DNA of 64,000 nt from Chlorokybus atmophyticus (lineage: Eukaryota > Plantae > Mesostigma and Chlorokybus algae): the NCBI GenBank assembly GCA_009103225.1, contig RHPI01002112.1:342150-406149 (forward strand). Direction: 5' to 3'. How positions within the stretch are numbered: the first letter of the stretch is position 1; each line of letters starts with the position of its first letter. A program made the translations under genes and the position numbers. The notes under the pieces are model-generated. The model saw only the letters and a list, made by a program, of their open reading frames with translations. It ran no database searches and was not told the origin of the DNA. Below, piece by piece: positions 1 to 11,630 of the stretch.

Positions 1-3000
1 TCTGCTAGCATGCCTTCATAAAAGGCCCTGGCATGCTCCCTCGCGTATACCAGCCCCACCTCCTTCCATGACCCTGCGCAGTAGTACAAGTGGGGAGGTG
101 GAATGAGTGACTGTGTGAGAGCGCATGCACAGCGCAGCGTACGCATGTGTGCATGCGTGCGTGCGCGTGTGCGTATTTGAGAGGATGGCATAAATTGGGG
201 TCTTTCTGGCCCGATGCTTAGAGCTTCAGGAGTCAAATGGGATCTTCGTAAAGTTGATAATTACGAGTGCTATGATGAACTAGATTGGTCTATACAATGG
301 CAATCTGATGGCGATTGTTTAGCTCGATACCAAGTACGAATTGGTGAAATGAGAGAATCTATTAAAATAATTCAACAGGCATTAAAAGCTATTCCAGGTG
401 GTCCCTACGAAAATCTTGAGGCACGCAGACTAAGTAAAGGACGAAAATCCGAGTGGAATAATTTTGAATATCAATTTATTGGAAAAAAACCTTCGCCAAC
501 TTTTAAAATACCTAAGCAAGAACACTACGTACGAGTGGAAGCTCCTAAAGGTGAGCTAGGTGTATTTTTAATTGGTGATGATAATGTTTTTCCATGGCGC
601 TGGAAGATTCGTGCACCAGGTTTTATAAATTTACAAATTCTTCCACAGTNGTACAAGGGCTGAAGTTAGCGTATCAGCAGCCCAACACGCTCAGCCAGTA
701 CCTGTGCTGTACTGCCAGTTCTGGTTGTCCAGCTGCAGTGCTATGGTTTCAGGCTCATCAGCATCCAGCCACCACGCCTGCAAAGAGCGAAAGTGTATTG
801 AAGTTGTTCACCGGCACAAATCGCACTGCACTCGCTTCACAAAACAACAACCTTGAGACGTTAATGCTATCTATGTGTGCGATGGGACAAGGTTCACTTA
901 GCCCAGTTTGCTTAATGCATCTGACTGTATGACAGTAGCTGGAAGCCTGGCAATGCGAATTTTGCAGTTCTCCACACATGTTTGGCAGCCACATGTCCAA
1001 GCATGCAATGTCTCAAGTACATGCAGCGAGCGCAAGCACCTTGATGCCGCTGTCGTAGTAGTTGCGCTTCACTTGCTGCCAAATGAACTGTCTGGCCTCA
1101 GGCAGCGTCGGATCCAGCAGATACGTGTCTTCACCCCACACGCTCGCAAAGCCGTTGCCCGTCTCAATAAACACTCCTGCGTCACGCGCGGCCTCCCAGT
1201 TTTCACTCCTCATCGAGACTTTGGGCCACACAGACACCATCACCTGTACGGCACGCACGATTTCAAGCACACATGTTGCGTAGATGTGTCGGTGTGATGA
1301 AACCAACATAAACATACAACGCTTACTTTCACTCCTTGTTTTTCGAACTTGGCTGTCATGGCTTTTGGGTCTGGCCAACAGTTGGGACTGAGCTTCCAGT
1401 CGCCAAACTGTGGCCAATGGAAAAAGTCCACCACAATCACTGACAGCGGCAGGCCTCTGCGCTTGTACTCGCCCACCACAGACTCCAACTGTTCCTGCGA
1501 GCGATACCTGAGGGGTGTACAACAGTACTGAGTTTGCATGTTGCTTGTAAGAGTCAATATGTGTCAAACCTGATAGCCGTGCAAACACACGTGTGCATGG
1601 TCTACCTTAGCTTGCACTGCCAGAAGCCGCTTGCATACTCGGGAAGCACGGGTGCATGTCCCGTCGCATCTGCAAGAAAACCACCATTTACGCACACGCA
1701 CACGTGTGCGTAAATGGTGTACGCATGCATATGTGCGTATGTGTACTTGTTCTGTGTTGTCGCACACAGAACAAAAGGGGCAGCATTCTGTCCTGTGTGT
1801 TACCACACAACCTTACCGACATACAGCCTCTCTGGCACTGATGAACCCACCTACATAGTGCTCCATGATGGAAGCGGGCCAGCTGGTGGCATTCGCAGAG
1901 CTCGTTGTGACCCAATAATCCACTTGATGGCCGACTTCGGCCCGCCACCGCGTGCGATCCTGTCCTAATGACACGTACCCAAAGGCGGGGAGATTCCACA
2001 AGAACCCGTACCCGCGGCTAGAGAAAAGGAACGGTATGGACACCTCCGTGTTGAGTTGTGTCAACGGGACGTGCAGGCCCTTCTGGTCGAGGTGGTCGTT
2101 CATGTGCTGACCCAACCCGAAGAACTTCTCGCCCAAGTGCGCAGCGAACTCGGCGCTGATGGCGAACTTTTTGCCCTCTCCGAGAGGCTCGTAATGCCGC
2201 GATTGCGGGGAGTGACCGTACGGGTGAGCGTACTCTGCCAGTAGCTGCTGGCCGGTGGACACCTATTGTTTGCATGCGCGTGTATGCATGTGCACGTGTG
2301 TCGACAACCAGCCCACATACATTTGAAATGGTGAGCATGCAAACCGCACGACCAGTTGTGTGTATGTGCTTGCCTTGTAGAATGTAATGTACCCTCTGTC
2401 CGTGACTTCAGCCCGCAGATTGCCATTGGTGATGCTCATGCCATTGTTGATGGGTTGCACATATGTGGCGTTGCGGTTGGATGATTGCTCAGGACACTCC
2501 AGCAGCGCCTGCCAAACAATGACAACCGTCAACAACATCAGTCCAGATCATAGTGCGGGCTGCAATGCAAGCATGCTCCACCTGTGGAAGGTCATCGCGC
2601 AGCTTTCGCGAGCTGGCTTGGACGCGCAGCGAGTCCCTTCCCCACGCTTCGATGCGCAGTTGCTGCAAGTGCAAGCGACAAGTAAGCATACCTCCTTTTG
2701 GTTCACCAGTACGTTGCGGTGAGATGCATGGTCTTGTTTGTGTGAAGCCTCAACATGGCATTTCCAAGAGGTTGAATTCTTGGCTGCTGGCTAGGACCCA
2801 TGTCACGCATGTGACTTACGCAGCACCCAAAAAACAGGCTCTCTCAAGAACAAACTCTATACCAAGCACCCTAGAAAAGGATCCGCTCAGCAAGGCCAGC
2901 CAAATGCAACAAGCTGCAAGGCAGGGCTGTTGTGCATGCATCACACCCCCAACCCCATGCACAACTCCGTGCAAGGAATCACACCCCATTCAGCTTCGGT

Positions 3001-3241
3001 CGGAAAATACAAGTCTTGGTTGCAAGTGGTGAGAAAGCGCTTGCGTTGATTGTTCAAGTATGCCGCAATGCTTACTTCCCCTGTAGCAGACAGCCAGCTG
3101 CTGTCGGCCCGCCACACGAGGGCGGTGGTGGCTCCATTGGCGTCGAGTGGTGTGCTGAACGTCCCGGGCGCGGGGGCGACGCGGGGCAACGATGAGGCCA
3201 GTGCCCCCCCGCAGAACAACAACGCCGCCAGCTGAAGCCAC

Positions 3242-3273
<32 letters not shown>

Positions 3274-3276
3274 CAT
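1..3276 (-). CDS. Secreted GH31 alpha-xylosidase/alpha-glucosidase II-like glycoside hydrolase, multi-exon, 3' part runs off the left edge
   Basis: ATG at 3276 with signal peptide ([27 protein letters not shown]). Spliced exons give [21 protein letters not shown]...[26 protein letters not shown]|RYRSQEQL...[22 protein letters not shown], the nucleophile exon [10 protein letters not shown] (777-702), and [22 protein letters not shown] (73-1). Confidence 0.9.
177..671 (+). pseudogene. ndhH: Plastid ndhH fragment (NUPT) inside a GH31 intron (74-701)
   Basis: AT-rich island translating to [17 protein letters not shown]...[10 protein letters not shown]...KKPSPTF...[10 protein letters not shown]...[20 protein letters not shown], then LVQGLKLA after a 1-nt shift at the N (650). 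Green-plastid type. Both ends are truncated and it has no introns. Confidence 0.93.
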
Positions 3277-3442
3277 GCTCACAGTTGCAGGCAGGAAGCT
3301 CAATGCCTCACGTGCTAGCGGACAAGTTGGTTGGGAGTGCTCAACGGCAGCAATTTTCAAAGCATTGCAAGTTACAAGCGCAACCACAAGTATTGTGGTG
3401 TCTGTTGCTGTTGTTGGCGGCGGCGGCGGCGGCGGCGGCGCC

Positions 3443-4667
3443 ATGGCGGGTCTCGACACGCGGGATGTGGTTGAGTCCCCCCCCCCCCTCTCCCTTCACC
3501 TCCCTCTGCTCCCACCCCACCGCCTACGGCACACGTGGCGTCGCAGGTGGTGCACGCTGTTCAACATATGTCTATGTCTGTCTTGTGTGCATGTGCGTCA
3601 GCCAGTGTGTCTTCATGCGTTTTGCTTGCTTCTGCGTGCGTGCATGCCAGGCAGCTGGGGTTGGATCGAGTACTGTGCTGTGCTGATGTTTAGCTTGCAA
3701 GTTGGTCGGGACGTGTGTACCCGTGTGCATCATCAAGCGACAACGAAAACTGTGTGGGAGAACACTAGAGGGTTGCTGATGTAACACTGGTTGACACGTG
3801 TTGGCATTATGCATGACATGCAACCAGGAGCAAACGTGACTCTGTCTGTTGTTGATGTCCACATCAAATGCGGCATTCCTGTTTGGCTGCATTTGCAGCG
3901 GTTGTGGTGGCCATCAAGCATTGACCGTGGCTTCGGTCTGCGTGTTGTGTGTGTGCCGACAACACGTACACCCAGGGCGGCGACCACCACCGCTATGACC
4001 ATTACTATGACCAAACCACCAGCAATAACCACAACAACAACCACATCAGGTGTTGGCGGGCATGCCTTTGCGTTGTTTTACGACACGGGGTTGTCGGCGC
4101 GTAGAGGCTGTGCTTGGCAACGGGCGCAGCCCCGCCGCGCTCACGATGGACCTCGTGCGAGCAGGGGTTTGAAGCGGGGAGACCGCTCTTCCATGGGATG
4201 TCCGTGGCAAGTGTATGTGTGTCGTGGTATGGGAGGGTTGTACACCATGCACATGCAAGCATGTGCGAGTTCACGCATGCGTATGCCCCATGCAAGATCG
4301 CATGCATGTGTGAGTGCGCTTACGCACTCACGCACAAGCGCACGCGCACGCGCATGCAAGCAAGCGCATGCGCTCGGATAACTTGAACCAAACATAGACC
4401 CCAGCTCACGAGATGTCATCTTCATGTCAACAATGTGCCTGTAGGCGCCTCTGCGGCGTGGGTTGATGTAAAGGAGCGCTTCCGCAAGCTGTCGCTGGCG
4501 CAGGTACAGCGCATGTAGGTGGGTAAGCAACTCTTTCAACACGTGGTGTTGTTTGTTGGGTTATAATAATTACTCATTTCGCTTGCAGGTGCTTCAACTG
4601 GCAATCGGGCTAGCACAGAACGGTTACCCCTTTGCGCCCACACAATAACACAGCACTGGCAGGTTCA

Positions 4668-4699
<32 letters not shown>

Positions 4700-5820
4700 C
4701 ACAAATGTGTCGAGCCCTCCACGGTTCCACATTCACACATGTGTTGACCTGCACAGCGACGACCTGCTGATCGGAGGAGGGCAAGGGCGGATTCTACAAA
4801 GGACGGGATTGTATGTGTCCGTGCGAGTGTGCGTATACACGCACATGCTCGTCTCTCTCTCTCTCTCTGCGTGTGCGTGTGTGTGAGCGTGAGCGTGAGC
4901 GTGAGCGTGAGCGTGAGCGTGAGCGTGACTGCACGCGCGTGCATGTGTGTGTCTGCTCGCTGGTGTGCATGTAGGCATGCGTTCGACAACTATGGCGTGT
5001 TTCTGCATGTGCATGTGCGTGAGTACTGTCTGCATGTATTGCGGGTGTGCTCGCGTGTGTGTGCGCGTCTCCCACTGAACATGTGTGTAGCAGATAGCGG
5101 AGGCTATTGCGACTGCGGTGAAGGCGCGGGGGGGGCGGCGTGATGGAGCTGTTGGATCTGGCGGAGCATACCAATGAGATCGGGCAACCCATCTGCATGT
5201 GCTACCGAGGGGTGCATGTGTACGCGCGCGCAAAACTGCGTGTGTGCAGGTGGACACCGTTCAATGGTGGAGAGTCACATGTGTTGGTGATCATCTTGTG
5301 GCGTGCGCGCAGGTGGCCATATGGGAGGTGTGGCCTCCGACGCAGGGGTGGGCCACCCTGCTGGCGCTTAACATTTTCAAGGCTTACGAAGGGACAGACA
5401 AGCTGTCGGTGCAGCTGGTTGTGGTTGTGCAATTGAGTCAGATGTGACGACAGCTGCGTAAAGGCACAGACAGACAAGATGGACAATAAGCACATGCATG
5501 TGCTTATTGTCCACAGATGCATGCACGCACATACTTGTTCAGGCACGCACACATACGCACGCAGAAACATGAGCGCGCGCGCGCTCATGCATGCGATGAT
5601 GCGCTAGCACAAACATACACACTGTTCCTTGAGAGAGGTGGTTGCAACGCGCAGCGGTTGTCCACAGGCTGCTCAGGACTCCCCCGACTACTTCCGCACA
5701 TGGCCGTCGAGGCCATGCGGGTGTCGTTTAGAAACACCCTGCACCACATTTGTAACGTGCCCACAGAGCGTCCCGCAAGTCCCTATTCAAGGACTCTTGT
5801 CAAAGGTGCGGCCGTAGAGT
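3443..5820 (+). pseudogene. Gamma-glutamyltransferase pseudogene (frameshifted, lacks the small-subunit region)
   Basis: Collinear GGT-like pieces in shifting frames: FTS...AYGTRGVA; SGVGGHAFALFYD; VLGNGRSPAALTMDLVRAG; ASAAWVDVKERFRKLSLAQ|VLQLAIGLAQNG; EEGKGGFYKGR; IAEAIATAVKARGG...DLAEH...PI..YRG; VWPPTQGWATLLALNIF; AVEAMRVSF...VPIQGLLSK. Frameshifts near 4160 and 4770. Confidence 0.8.
4884..4928. repeat. (TGAGCG)n hexanucleotide tandem repeat
   Basis: About 7 direct copies, intronic. Confidence 0.9.
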
Positions 5821-7549
5821 AATGTGTTGTGTTGTATCTCTTAGTATGTGAGGAAGCTGAAGGGGAAGGTCACTTATTGTGCAGAACTATGGCAATGGTG
5901 GCGCACATAACAGTGAATTTAGTATACGACATAATGTTCTTCATTATATTGATTTACATAAATTCATGTATGATAATTTGAAACTCTCCCTACGCATGTG
6001 ACTTTACATAATATTCATGAAGCAGATCGTGCATATTGTAACGTATATACACGTCAAAGATGTGTATATACAAATTATACAATGCATTTGAGCATGTGGC
6101 AGCTTGTTGTGATTTTATACAGCTTTACACAATAAACATGGTGCACAATTGCAGATCAAGATATTATGCACATGATCTCATGCACGAGTACTGTATAATA
6201 AAAGAAAGCCGCAAAGTTAATGCTTCCCTTATGACTGCACAAATATTCATTCAAATCATGCAGTTCTTCATTATATCATACCATAACCATTAGTAAACCA
6301 TCAAATTTAAATGTCTGACTCTATATTCATCTAAGCAGCTCATTATTCAAGTAAAGTCAAACTTTTTGCAACATTTTTGCTATGGTTTATGAGCTATAGC
6401 ATGAGTGTCACACTCATGCTATACCCGTATATTATACGAAAGTACTCATTACACTTGATGTACAATCATTATACGCCATAAATGGAAAGTTAATCAATAC
6501 ATATCATCCTTAGAAGTAACACGCAAGCAACATATTTGGGCATACATGATTGTTGCTAAATATGGGTTCTCCTACCTAAAAATAAGAATGGTTATAAGAT
6601 TTATTTCATACATGATTATAATGACCATTGGGATTGCATGTATTTGTGTACAATACAACTCAAGATATTATGATATAATTCAAAGTATCTTTGCAAAGTT
6701 CTCAAGACACGAATGCTCAATCTTTCGCTTTTCCGCATTATATTGGGCAGGGCAGGAATTCATGCTACCATTGATTACCTGGCCAGGCTACCACTTGTAC
6801 ATTCTTTCTTTCATGTACAGGACAGGGTGCTACCCTGCACCTGCCTGCTGCAAAAGTACACTGTGTACTGCCGCGGACATTGCGTGACGCGTACAGCATC
6901 GATCCCCCCTGTAAGCCACACCTAGACATCAAAGTAGGCCTAAGCCTACTGCAATGGTTTGTTACATGAGCACAGGAGCAGCCAGCGTATCCATCCAAAT
7001 GCAACTGTGCCTGCGCAATGCGTGACGGCTTGCTAGCTCCAAGGCTACGTGTGTCCCGTGCGTCTCCTGGCCACTGCGGCGGCGGCGGCGGTGGGGCAGG
7101 CATGGCTGTATTGTGATGCTGTATGCCTCATTGATGAGAGCTCAGCATCCTCTTTGCCCAGAGTTGTTTGCGGACACTGTGAGTTGCTAACTACAGAGGT
7201 GGTTGTTGCTCCTGAGCAGCTGCGTGGCTAGAAGTGCAAGCTAGACGACGACGGGGGCAGTTGCAGCAAGCGAGGTCAACGTGCTGGAGGAGGAAAACGA
7301 GTTATAGAATGGTTGAGTGCACACCCTGAGTTAGCTACTGCTGTCCACTGTCAGTTCAAAGCACATTGTGCGCAGAGTTCCTAGCTTGCTGGTTGCTTGT
7401 CCCGTCAGTCAAGTTATCAGCTGATAATAGACTTCAGGCCGCAGCAATGAGACTTTATGTGATTTATTTTTGTATGTGTAGTTGATTTGTCTATCGTAGA
7501 TATAGTTGTAATTGTGGGTGCAATAGCCTACTGTGGTGGAGCCTTCAGG

Positions 7550-9803
7550 ATGTTGTCTCCGCTGGTGAGGGGGCTGTTGATGCTGGCTGCTGTGGCATGC
7601 GCCGCCTCCTTCGGAGCCTTCGTGGGAGCTGTCTTCGCAGGGCGCTTTGCCACTGTGGCGGCTCGCGGAATTGGCCGTTGGCCATATGAGGGAAACTACC
7701 ACACCAGGTTTGAGCTCTCAACCAGTGCACAATGCAGTACAGTGGTAGTCAGCTCACCACACAGTAAAAGCAGTGCAACTGCTCTCTCAACTGCTTGTGG
7801 AGCGGTCAGGTTGTCGGCCAACAAGCTCAAATCCATCGCTTGCTGTGCGTCACCCGCAGGAATTTGTTTCAGCTGGTGGAGGATCCAATGACATCGAATG
7901 TAACGACCGATACAATCGAGACAATTATGCAGACACTAGCACCGCCACAGCCACCACCAGCATCGCCTCCGCCAGCACTACCACCATCACCGCCTGCACT
8001 CACAGTACAACAGGTGCTCATTGAGCCAATCCAGCACTTACTCTAACACAATGGTTACTTGAGCGACGTGCTATGGACGTTCTACTTGCGCGCGTGCTCT
8101 CACACTGACAGTTGCCATGAAGTGCACCTTGCTGCGCTGTTTGCAAGCAATGCATGTCATGGTGCAAGGTGGTTCTATTGCCACAACACACATGTTGGCC
8201 GCTGCAGATTTGGGAGCGCGAGGTGTGGGCTGACGCAGAGAATTGGATCAAGCAGCCTTCATCACTTTGTTTTGGTATAGGAAACATCACGATGGTCACC
8301 ATAGCATTCGGGCTATCACATGTAAGGCTGCCTCTTGTGTGTGAGTCTTGCGCATGATGTGTGGCTGGTCGAGTTCACTCGCATGAAGTAACAAAGATGA
8401 CGCTGTTTGCTTGCAGGAGTACATGGTGGGATTGCGACGCAACCGTCTTGTGTATGCTGCAGAGCATGGGTACCGTGTCTGCGAGATACCATCCGTCGCA
8501 GATCCAACGAGACCGGTACGTACATGACCGGTGCATATCCGAGTTCTGTGATGCAGTTTGGCGTCATCACAGCTGTTTGTCACAGATTGTACGCGTACAG
8601 GCATGCACATTTCAATCACACACGCATGCATGCACGCGTACCCTTACCCTCACGAGCACACGCGCACATTCTCTCGCGCATGGTGGTGTGCCTTCAACAA
8701 GCAGATGGTGTTGCCAGCACGTGCTGCAGTTGAGCGCAAGCGCTTTAGTGTTGCGTTGGTTGATGTGTAATACATATTGCAGGTCCCATGGAGCAAGATA
8801 CCAGCAATGCTGATATTGTTGCCTACATCAGAGTACATTGTGAGCATGGATGCTGATGCCTTGATTACAAACAATGACATCAGGTACTTCGCTGCTTGCA
8901 AAAGAAAGCCACAACATTTTGCTGCGTTATTAATGGTGATGCACAAGACTGTGCGCCACAAAATTGAATGACCTACTTGTTTGGTATCAAGGTTTGAGTC
9001 AATGCTGGACCTCAAAGAGTACCCCAACGTAGCGTCAAAGGACATTGTCTTCACCAACGACTTTGATGAGCCATGGAATGCCATTCCGAGACCCAGCTCC
9101 AGCATCAACACCGGTGTGTTCATGATGAAGAACACCGAGTGGTCGGCATCATTCATGAAGCGCGTCTACTCGGACTTCCCGTAAGTACAAGTGCAACAAG
9201 CTCATTCCATCATGTTGTCTGCTTTGTTGCTTACTCGCTTTCGTGTGCAGGCAAAGCATCAATCATCCTTGGTGAGCTTATCATATGGGCGTCAATGTGG
9301 TGAGAGCATGGGTGCAGTGAGTGTCACATTGAACTGTTATCGCGAACAGGTGGGAGCAGCAAGGTGTACTGTTGTTCAGAAACGTACACCCTGAAGAATT
9401 TGCCCAGGTCAGTCGGTTGCCTATCTTTGTGAGCAATGCCGCTTGTTTGCAGTACGTCTGGTGAAGATATCATCAGAGCTATACTTTCTGATGCTCTACA
9501 TGCATGTCAAGCACAACTGGCTTCCGGTGAGAACATGCCTATTGATTCTGATATGCCTTCCGCATATGCCTTCTACAGCATGTACAGATAATCGCATACC
9601 GACACATGAACTATCATCGCCCGCAATGGCGCGCGGGTTCGTTCATAATGCATGCTGCTGGCGGCCACTCGCAGGACAAGTACCGGGATCTGCTGCGCGA
9701 AGTGCTCGCGCATCAGCAAGCAACACCGAGAAACATAGCCTGGGTCAGGCACTCAGGAATTGCAGGGAAGCGCAAGCTGTCACGGCGTTTGAAGTTGAGG
9801 TAG
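7550..9803 (+). CDS. GT34 (GMA12/MNN10 galactosyl/xylosyltransferase family) type II membrane glycosyltransferase
   Basis: N-terminal TM segment (MLSPLVRGLLMLAAVACAASFGAFVG). Later exons give NRLVYAAEHGY, VPWSKIPAM...EYIVSMDADALITN (DxD motif), INTGVFMMKNTEWSASFM, and WRAGSFIMHAAG. Stop at 9801-9803. The exact start and middle exons are uncertain. Confidence 0.8.
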
Positions 9804-10571
9804 CACAACAAATGTGTGTTTGCATATATTATTATGATACACTGCGTGATCGTTGACCACTAGCGCTGCTTGGCATATCACATATATCTACTATTTTTGG
9901 CATTACACAGTCAACGATGCCCATGCGTCTACCAAAAGCCGTAATTCATGTTTACTCTACTCTAGCTAGCAACATGTGATGTTGTACGTGCTTGTGTCAT
10001 AACTATTGCTTAATTAACATGTAGAGACTTGCGGCATGTGCAATATCAACTCAACGCGAGTGTATGTTGGTGACTTGCCTTGTGTGCAAACACCGTAATT
10101 GCAAACATGTCATTGCACTTCGCTAGTTATGACATGTGTACAAACTAAGTTGACATCGATAAACTTGTGACGTAGAACGGCGGTATGACTTGTTTACACG
10201 CCTATGTGTTGTATTATATATATCTAAATATTGCGTTTTGCAATATATGATCATATTGCGGACATGGGGGCTTATTTCCCTTAAATACACAACGACCATG
10301 GCTACTTTTCAAACCCTAAGTATAGCATTAATTGATAATGTAAACATTGATGGTATGTATGGTATTAAAGCGGATGCAGTTTGTAGCTACTTTACAACAG
10401 GCAAAGACACATATTGCAAGTACAGGTATCGGTACATACGTCAACAACTTTGACCAGGCTTGGACGTGTATTACAATTCAACATTTAAAAAGATTTATTA
10501 TAGCTCATCATTCTATGTCAGATGCATCTCCGGCTGCATGCTCAGGTTGGCAGCTGGTGTAACGGAGTGCT

Positions 10572-10781
10572 ACCTCTATAGAGGTTCCCCGCCCTTATTT
10601 AGGATTAAATAAGGGTCCCAACGGGTATATACAGCCAATTAAGCCGTATTAGGGCCGTTAACCTAGTGTTAAGGCCCTAATGTAGTGTTACTTAACTGTA
10701 ACACTGATATCGACATGAGACATGAGTCTCATGTCGATATCAGCTGTATGGCGGCACTGCTAACGCAGCAGCCGCCATAGC
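10572..10781. repeat. Array of about six consecutive inverted repeats/hairpins
   Basis: ACCTCTATAGAGGT (10572-10585); CCCTTATTTA/TAAATAAGGG (10592-10615); ATTAGGGCC(G)TTAAC/GTTAAGGCCCTAAT (10648-10681); AGTGTTAC/GTAACACT (10684-10705); perfect 18-bp CTGATATCGACATGAGAC/GTCTCATGTCGATATCAG (10704-10743); imperfect TATGGCGGC/GCCGCCATA stem (10743-10781). Confidence 0.85.
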
Positions 10782-11329
10782 CAGGGATCTTCTGCTTCGA
10801 CAGTTGCCCCTGGCGGCGGCGGTGTGGTCGGCGTGGCTTGTGGTGGTGTTGGGGTAGGGGATTAAAGGGAGGAGGTAGCACCCCCTCTCCTTACAGCTGG
10901 GTCCTACTTCACCACCTGCTCTAACTTGCCGGCCTTGGACGAGCCTAATGGCATACACGTTGTGTAGCCTTTGCCCCCGTTGATGTTGGTAATTGAATCT
11001 GCTTGCTTTGCTTGTTCACTACTGTGAGTGCGTGAGTGCTATGCATCTTTGCATCGTTGGATTGCCTATGCATACAGTATGCATGTGACATGAATGCATG
11101 TGCTTGCAGCAGGTAGAGGGGGGGAGGAAATACCTGGAGGGGCACACGTTTTGGACTGAATGTAAGCTAGATGTCTGATTTTGTATTGCTGCTCCAGTAC
11201 TTATACTTATATACGATTGCTCATATACCGTACTGGTAGAGACTATCCAACCTCTTTTTAATAAATGATGTGGTTTTGACGTGCGACAAACTTCGACGTA
11301 TGTATGATGCATAATTTGTTGCGCGAGCT

Positions 11330-11630
11330 AATTAACACGGCATCAATCACATGAAGATAAAAAGCTAGTTTGGGGACATTCTAAGTTCCATATAGGGGGC
11401 AAAAGTGAAGGTTGGGGCTTAAAGAACGTCGTGGTGTAAAATTGATTTATGCTATGCAAACCATAAATCTGATGTGTACTAATATCAGTTCCAGGCTTAT
11501 TTGGCTGCCTTGCGTGTTTTCCCGCGTTTCCCCACAAAAAACTAAATAAAATGCATGCTGCAGGAAGAGTAATCTGTTCACTATATCAGATTGTGAACAG
11601 TGAATAGTCTATCTGCCAAGTTGGTCTTCA
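11330..11630 (+). repeat. Diverged dispersed AT-rich repeat, copy 1 (related to ~61240-61470)
   Basis: Collinear shared blocks: CACGGCATC, CATGAAGA(T/C)AAAAAGCTA, CTTATTTGGC.GCC, CATGCA.GCTGC, GTTGGTCTTCATG. Confidence 0.6.

Noticed and set aside
214-663. ndhH as a functional gene
   Set aside because: It is an internal fragment lacking both termini, has no transit peptide, and lies antisense within a host intron.
6546-6887. 113-aa ORF in AT-rich DNA (also 10190-10453)
   Set aside because: No recognisable motif, atypical composition and no splice context.
10572-10781. Helitron or MITE call for the hairpin array and other hairpins
   Set aside because: I found no CTRR end at the expected distance, no matching 5' TC terminus, no paired TIRs with a TSD, and no Rep/helicase or transposase. 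Left unclassified.
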